DNA of 64,000 nt, taken from the NCBI GenBank assembly GCA_965205865.1, contig CBDBHR010000003.1:32001-96000 (forward strand), given 5' to 3'. Source of the stretch: a bacterium. GTDB lineage: Bacteria; SAR324; NAC60-12. Numbering within the stretch: the stretch's first letter is position 1; every line of letters starts with the position of its first letter. Shown here one piece after another: positions 58,457 to 64,000 of this stretch. The notes below the pieces were generated by a model that saw only the letters and a list, made by a program, of their open reading frames with translations, was not told the DNA's origin and made no database searches. The position numbers were made by a program, and so were the translations under genes.

Positions 58457-61400
58457 ATGAAAATAACGTTCACTCAGCAGATGTCATTGGATCAGCATAG
58501 GAACCGGTTTTTGACCGATGATCGCTGTCACCAGCATTTTTTCGCAGTTCGCTGGCCCCAGGGGTTTGTCTGTCCCTCCTGTGGCCATCGTGAGTATTAT
58601 GAGGTGTCGCTGCGCAAACTGTTTCAATGCAAACAATGTCATTCCCAAACCTCAGCTACAGCAGGTACGATCATGCACCGGACTCGGACTCCACTGCGTT
58701 ACTGGTTTTGGGGGATTTATTATGTGGCCGCATGCAATGGGGAGATAACGGCTCAACAATTATCAGAAAAAATCGGATTGAATTACCATGCCGCCCGGAG
58801 AATGCTGGGAAAAATCCACGAAATCGAAAAGAACCAGGGTTTCCTGGGGGATCTGTTGAAAAGCTTCAAAATTCCTGAAGGGTCAAAGGAAGAAGTCTGC
58901 ACCGGACCGGGAATGGAAACGCCACCCGGGCCAATAAAAGGGCCTTATCCACTAATAGAGCAGACGATTCCAGACAGAAAAAAACCGGATATACCGGGTT
59001 ATTCGCTGGAGGAGGTTATTTTTGAAAGCGGACGGACCCGGCTCTGGCGGGGCAGGCGGAATAGCAACGGGCTTTTGGTTTTGATCAAGGGAGCGGCTTC
59101 CTCTGAGCAGAGCGCGCAGGAACAGGCGGAAATACGGCACGAGCATGAGATCACCCAGGCTCTCAAGATCGATGGGGTCCTCCGGTCAGAGGAACTGGTG
59201 GCGTGTGAGAACGGATCGGCTTTGATCCTGGAAAACACCGAAGGCCTTCCTTTAAGAAAGCTGATGGATGCCACCCGGCTCGACCTGCCGGACTCGCTTA
59301 AGGTAGCGGTTTCACTGACCAGCACCCTGGAAGAAGTGCACCGGCAGGGCATCCTGCATAAAATGATCAACCCGTTGAATATTTTTGTTGATCCGGCATC
59401 AAGAACAGTCAAATTGACCGGCTTCGGCCTGGCCACCCGGCTTCCCCGGGAAAATTTGACTACGTTGAGTCCCCAGCTTAGCGGGGAAACCCTGCCCTAT
59501 ATCTCCCCCGAGCAGACCGGCCGGATGAACCGGGTGCTCGATTATCGCAGTGATTTTTATTCCCTGGGCGCCACCCTTTACGAACTTTTCAGCGGGAGAG
59601 TGCCTTTCCAATCCCGGGAGGCCATGGAAATCATCCACGCCCACATTGCCCGGCAGCCCGTACCCCTGGACCAGATGGCGCCGCAGGTGCCCAAAACTCT
59701 TTTCCGCCTGGTGATGAAACTGATGGCCAAGCGTGCCGAGGCGCGCTACCAGAGTCACTCGGGCCTGGCAGCCGATCTCCTGGCATGTCTGGATCAGCTC
59801 GAAAATCAGGGGAGCCTGTCCGATTTTCCCCTGGGCCGCTATGACATTCCCAGTGAACTGCAGATCGCCCCGGGGCTTTACGGCCGGGAAGATGAAATCG
59901 CCACCCTGGAGGCCGCCCTGGAGCGAGTCAGTCAGGGAGCAACCGAGATGGTGCTGGTCTCGGGATCCGCCGGTGTCGGCAAAACTGCCCTGGCTGCTGA
60001 AATTCACAGGTCCGTTGCCCAAAAAAATGGCTTCTTCATCTCCGGCAAGTTTGACCAGCTCCGGCACAATATTCCCTACAGCGCCCTGATCCAGGCGCTA
60101 CGGGGACTCATCCGGGAGGTATCGGCCGAAGGCAAGTTCGGAATGGAGCGTTGGAAAAGCAGGATACGGGCTGCCCTGGGACCCAGCGGACAGCTCCTGA
60201 CCCGGGTGATCCCGGAACTGGAACAGATGATCGGCCCGCAACCCCCGCTGCCGGAAATGGGAGCGCTGGAGACCCGCAACCGCTTCACTGCCGTTTTACT
60301 GGAGTTCATCTTCGTTTTCTGTGAAAAAACCCATCCGCTGGTTATTTTTCTGGACGACTTGCAGTGGGTGGACGCCGATACCCTCAAGCTGGTTGAACGG
60401 ATCGCTCAGGATTCGGAGAGGAAACCTCTGCTTTTCCTGGGAGCCTATCGCGACAACGAGGTGGATACCGGCCACCGGCTGATGATCAGTAGTGAAGTGA
60501 TCAAAAAAACAGGCCAGCTGCTGCAAACGATCCCCTTAAAGCCCCTGAACCGAGAACACATCTCACGACTGCTCGTCCATACTTGCCACTGCCGTCCTGA
60601 GGATGCAAACCCGCTGGCCGAGCTCCTGCTGCGCAAAACCGGCGGCAATCCCTTCTTTGTGAGCCAGTTTTTGACCCTACTTTCCGAGAAGAACCTGATC
60701 CGGTATCAGCCTGAGGAAAAACGATGGACCTGGGAGCTGGCCGCCATCGATTTCCTGGCGGTGACAGATAATGTAGTTGAGTTGCTGATTGACCGGCTCC
60801 AGGGTTTTTCCTCTGAAACCAAGCGACTCTTGAGCCTGGCGGCCTGCATCGGCAATACCTTTGACCTCGAATCCTTGGGACTGATCAGCGGAGAAGGAAG
60901 CGGGGAGATCGATGAGAACCTGTTGCCGGCCCTGGAAACCGGGTTGATCCTCGGTTTTTCCCAGGCCCCGCAGCTGGATAATCCGACCGCCGGAGCGAGT
61001 GCGGAAGATGGCAGCTACAAGTTCCTGCATGACCGGGTGCAGCAGGCTGCCTATGCCCTCATTGCGCAAAAGGAGAAACCGGCGGTCCATCTTCAAATCG
61101 GTCAGACCCTGCTCAAGCAATACGCACCGGAGAAAGGTGAAGATCTGCTTTTTGACATCGTCCATCATTTCAACCTGGCCCGGAGGGTGAAGGATAAATG
61201 GAAAGAACGATCGAAGCTAGCGGAACTCAACCTGAAAGCCGGTCGTCAGGCCAGAGCGGCTTCGGCTTTTGAACAGGCCCTGGAATACTTTACCATCGGC
61301 CTGGAGCTTTCAGGAGCCACCGCTTGGAAACGGCAATACCCCCTGGCCTTATCCCTGCATGAGGAAGCTACGGAGATGTCATGGCTCTGCGGCCGCTTCG

Positions 61401-64000
61401 AGTTGATGGAGAAGCTGGCGGGTGCCGTAAAAGACAACGCCCGAGAGGACCTGGACCTGGCCAATGTTTATCAATGCCTGATCAAGGCGTACACGACCCA
61501 GGGTGAATTAAAGAAGGCACTGAAAACGGGTGAGGAAATTCTGGAGAAATTTGGGTGTAAACTGAGCCGTCTGTCTCCCGACCAGTGGCAGCAGACCCTC
61601 GTTCAAATCAAACCCAGCCTGGCCGGTAAAAGCGCTGAAGAAGTGATGCGCTTTGAGCCGCTCACCCAACCGCTTTCCAAGGTCCTTGTCCATATTCTAT
61701 ATGAGCTCCATTTGCCATATAGCGAGGCTGGGGTTACTTTGGATGACGGTCTTTGGCAGCCCATCGCTTCAAAACGCATCTCTTTGCTGCTGAATCATTT
61801 TCATCCGAAACAATCACCCGAATCCTATGCTCTCCTTGGAATGATATATTGCGTGTATATGCAGGATTTTGAATTTGGTTATGGACTCAATCGTCTGGGC
61901 ATACAGCTCATGGAAGCGCTTGATCTGAAGGAAATAAACTGTAGAGTTTCCGGGGGATTCAATGGTGGGACCCGGTCCTACCGGGAGCCGCTATCGGCGA
62001 CATTGGAGCCCTTGCTTGAAGCTCATAAGATGGGAATCGAAACGGGAGATTTCTTCTATGCCGGTCGTAGCGCCGTCGTAAGATGTCAGATTGCGTTTAT
62101 GTGCGGGAAAGAGCTGAATTGGCTGAAAGGGGAATTGTCGACGTTGAAGCTTGCTCTCAAGAAGATCGATTATATTATCGGGTCTCCCCAGGTGGAAATG
62201 CTTATGAAGGCGGTCATGATTCTGATGGAGGAGCCTTCGAGCCTGTCGAGCGGGATCATGGATCAATACCATAGGGTGACGGGTGCAGGGTACGTCTATC
62301 GTGAACAGAGCTGTTTTAATTACCAAAAGCTGGTGCTGCAATACCTGTTCGAAGAATACGAAGCAGCGCGGGAGACGGTTTTTGAAATGATCAACTTGAT
62401 GAAAACCTACAAGGATGCCCTTACCGATCCCCTGGCCAACTGCTACCTGTCCCTCGCTCTCCTCGCGCTTTGCGACCAGGGGCCTGAGGGGGAAAAGGAG
62501 GAGATCCTCACCCAGGTTAACGACAATCAGGCTTTATTGGAGAAACTGGCGCGCAGTGCCCCGCCCAATTACCGACACAAGCATCACCTGGTGGAAGCCG
62601 AACGGTTGCGAGTTTTGGATGGTGAAAGTGATGCGATCCTGTCCCACTATGACCAGGCCATCGCTTTGGCCAGAGAGAGCGAATTTATCCACGAGGAAGC
62701 CCTGGCCAATGAACTGGCAGCCAGGTACTTGCTCAACCAAGGGCAAATCGACGCCGCCAGGTCTTACCTGCGCTCTGCAATGGAGAAATACGAAGCCTGG
62801 GGGGCAAAACGGAAGGTCGTGCACCTGAAGCATCGATATCCCGGGTTGATTGCCGATGATCACACTGAAGCAGCGGCGTCTCCTTGGGCCAACCTGGATC
62901 TGGGGACGATGCTCAAAGCCTCGGAGGCCATCTCCAGTACCATCGAGCTGGAACCGCTGCTGGAGATCTTGCTCCGTATTCTAATGGAAAATGCCGGGGC
63001 CCAGACAGCAGCCCTGCTTCTGGAAACCGAAGGTCAGTCTCTCATTGCTGCCCGCGGGAGCGCCGAGCAGGTCGAATGTTTTCTACCGTTTTCCCTGCCT
63101 GTGGAAAAGGCTTTCTCCCTCTCCCTCTCGGTCATCTCCTGGGTGAAACAAACCCGGGAACACCTGGTTTTGGACAACGCCTCCCACGAGGAACGGTTTG
63201 TCGGGGATGACTATATTAAAAGGGAACGTCCTAAATCGATCCTGTGTGCGCCGATACATCATAAGTCCGCCTTGAGCGGAATCATTTACCTGGAAAATAA
63301 CCTGGTCGAGGGGGCCTTCACCTCCCGGCGACTCGAGGTTATCAAACACCTTAGCTCCCAGATCGCCATTTCCCTGGAAAATGCCAGGCTCTACGACAAC
63401 ATGAAGCGAGCGGAAGCCGAATACCGGGGAATTTTTGAAAACTCCATGGAAGGCATCTACCGGACGAGCCTAGATGGCCGCTTTCTGAACGCCAATCCAG
63501 CGATGGCCCGGTTATTCGGATACTCCTCCCCGAAAGAGCTGATGGAATCCATCACCGACGCCGGGCACCAGCTTTATGTGAATCCGGAACAACGCAACCA
63601 GTTCCTGGATCTCATGCGGCAACGACGTCCCGTTTCGGATTTTGAGGTGGAATTTTTCCGTAAAGACCGCAGCACCTTTTGGGCATCCCTGCACGCCCGC
63701 CCCGTCTATGACTTGAAAAACCACCAGTTGCTGTTCATTGAAGGGTTGGTAGCGGATATTACCCACCAGAAAAAGGCGCTGGACGAACTGAAAGCGAGCG
63801 AAACCTCCCTGCGTCAGGAAAATATCCTCCTGCGAGCCCGCATCAAAGATCGCTTTCGGTTTGGTGACATTATCGGAAAAAGCGAACCCATGCAGCAGGT
63901 ATACGAGTTGATTTTAAAAGCGGCGGCCACCGATGTGAACGTGATCCTCTACGGCGAATCGGGAACCGGAAAAGAACTGGTCTCCAAGGCCATTCATGAG
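58457..64000 (+). CDS. Giant multidomain regulator: IS1595-like Zn-ribbon/HTH, Ser/Thr kinase-like, AAA ATPase, helical repeats, GAF, PAS, sigma54 activator (3' end beyond the window)
   Basis: AAAGGA RBS, then ATG 58457. RWPQGFVCPSC, FQCKQC, ILHKMINP, YISPEQTGRMNR, SGSAGVGKT, LDDLQWVD, KTGGNPFF, KFLHDRVQQAAY, IIYLENNL, YRGIFENSMEGIY and GESGTGKELV all lie in one frame, and the ORF track lists no stop-terminated ORF in that frame. Confidence 0.9.
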   Translation, partial: MKITFTQQMSLDQHRNRFLTDDRCHQHFFAVRWPQGFVCPSCGHREYYEVSLRKLFQCKQCHSQTSATAGTIMHRTRTPLRYWFWGIYYVAACNGEITAQQLSEKIGLNYHAARRMLGKIHEIEKNQGFLGDLLKSFKIPEGSKEEVCTGPGMETPPGPIKGPYPLIEQTIPDRKKPDIPGYSLEEVIFESGRTRLWRGRRNSNGLLVLIKGAASSEQSAQEQAEIRHEHEITQALKIDGVLRSEELVACENGSALILENTEGLPLRKLMDATRLDLPDSLKVAVSLTSTLEEVHRQGILHKMINPLNIFVDPASRTVKLTGFGLATRLPRENLTTLSPQLSGETLPYISPEQTGRMNRVLDYRSDFYSLGATLYELFSGRVPFQSREAMEIIHAHIARQPVPLDQMAPQVPKTLFRLVMKLMAKRAEARYQSHSGLAADLLACLDQLENQGSLSDFPLGRYDIPSELQIAPGLYGREDEIATLEAALERVSQGATEMVLVSGSAGVGKTALAAEIHRSVAQKNGFFISGKFDQLRHNIPYSALIQALRGLIREVSAEGKFGMERWKSRIRAALGPSGQLLTRVIPELEQMIGPQPPLPEMGALETRNRFTAVLLEFIFVFCEKTHPLVIFLDDLQWVDADTLKLVERIAQDSERKPLLFLGAYRDNEVDTGHRLMISSEVIKKTGQLLQTIPLKPLNREHISRLLVHTCHCRPEDANPLAELLLRKTGGNPFFVSQFLTLLSEKNLIRYQPEEKRWTWELAAIDFLAVTDNVVELLIDRLQGFSSETKRLLSLAACIGNTFDLESLGLISGEGSGEIDENLLPALETGLILGFSQAPQLDNPTAGASAEDGSYKFLHDRVQQAAYALIAQKEKPAVHLQIGQTLLKQYAPEKGEDLLFDIVHHFNLARRVKDKWKERSKLAELNLKAGRQARAASAFEQALEYFTIGLELSGATAWKRQYPLALSLHEEATEMSWLCGRFELMEKLAGAVKDNAREDLDLANVYQCLIKAYTTQGELKKALKTGEEILEKFGCKLSRLSPDQWQQTLVQIKPSLAGKSAEEVMRFEPLTQPLSKVLVHILYELHLPYSEAGVTLDDGLWQPIASKRISLLLNHFHPKQSPESYALLGMIYCVYMQDFEFGYGLNRLGIQLMEALDLKEINCRVSGGFNGGTRSYREPLSATLEPLLEAHKMGIETGDFFYAGRSAVVRCQIAFMCGKELNWLKGELSTLKLALKKIDYIIGSPQVEMLMKAVMILMEEPSSLSSGIMDQYHRVTGAGYVYREQSCFNYQKLVLQYLFEEYEAARETVFEMINLMKTYKDALTDPLANCYLSLALLALCDQGPEGEKEEILTQVNDNQALLEKLARSAPPNYRHKHHLVEAERLRVLDGESDAILSHYDQAIALARESEFIHEEALANELAARYLLNQGQIDAARSYLRSAMEKYEAWGAKRKVVHLKHRYPGLIADDHTEAAASPWANLDLGTMLKASEAISSTIELEPLLEILLRILMENAGAQTAALLLETEGQSLIAARGSAEQVECFLPFSLPVEKAFSLSLSVISWVKQTREHLVLDNASHEERFVGDDYIKRERPKSILCAPIHHKSALSGIIYLENNLVEGAFTSRRLEVIKHLSSQIAISLENARLYDNMKRAEAEYRGIFENSMEGIYRTSLDGRFLNANPAMARLFGYSSPKELMESITDAGHQLYVNPEQRNQFLDLMRQRRPVSDFEVEFFRKDRSTFWASLHARPVYDLKNHQLLFIEGLVADITHQKKALDELKASETSLRQENILLRARIKDRFRFGDIIGKSEPMQQVYELILKAAATDVNVILYGESGTGKELVSKAIHE

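Overview
Bacterial chromosomal window. The gene set resembles Deltaproteobacteria/SAR324-type genomes, which is an inference from protein style only. 1-14.4 kb is housekeeping: recN, aroC, DHH protein, OmpA/MotB, class A PBP, yajC-secD-secF, tyrA, TlpA, kdsB. 15-23.4 kb is a minus-strand defence island in which a type III-like res and mod pair brackets five cargo genes (two ThsB-like TIR genes, a 3-TM membrane protein, a hypothetical and a DUF1828-like gene), preceded by a PIN-like gene; res has one in-frame stop and the second TIR one frameshift. 23.5-48 kb holds an IS630 remnant, an intact IS1380, a frameshifted orphan ftsL-ftsI, Lhr, tRNA-Leu(GAG), serS, a GspE/PilB ATPase, an ABC heterodimer and oxidoreductases. 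48.5-58.2 kb is a mobile-element graveyard: a Y1 tnpA between long inverted repeats, an ORF-less class IIC group II intron, IS982-type MITEs, and decayed IS630, IS1380, IS5 and ISNCY copies. From 58457 to the window end runs one open frame of at least 1848 codons, absent from the ORF track. It fuses an IS1595-transposase-like zinc-ribbon/HTH N-terminus to a degenerate kinase, AAA/STAND, helical repeat, GAF, PAS and sigma54-activator chain. The best candidates for undescribed biology are this fusion and the TIR/membrane/DUF1828 cargo inside the RM operon. All family assignments come from motif recognition by eye; no searches were run.
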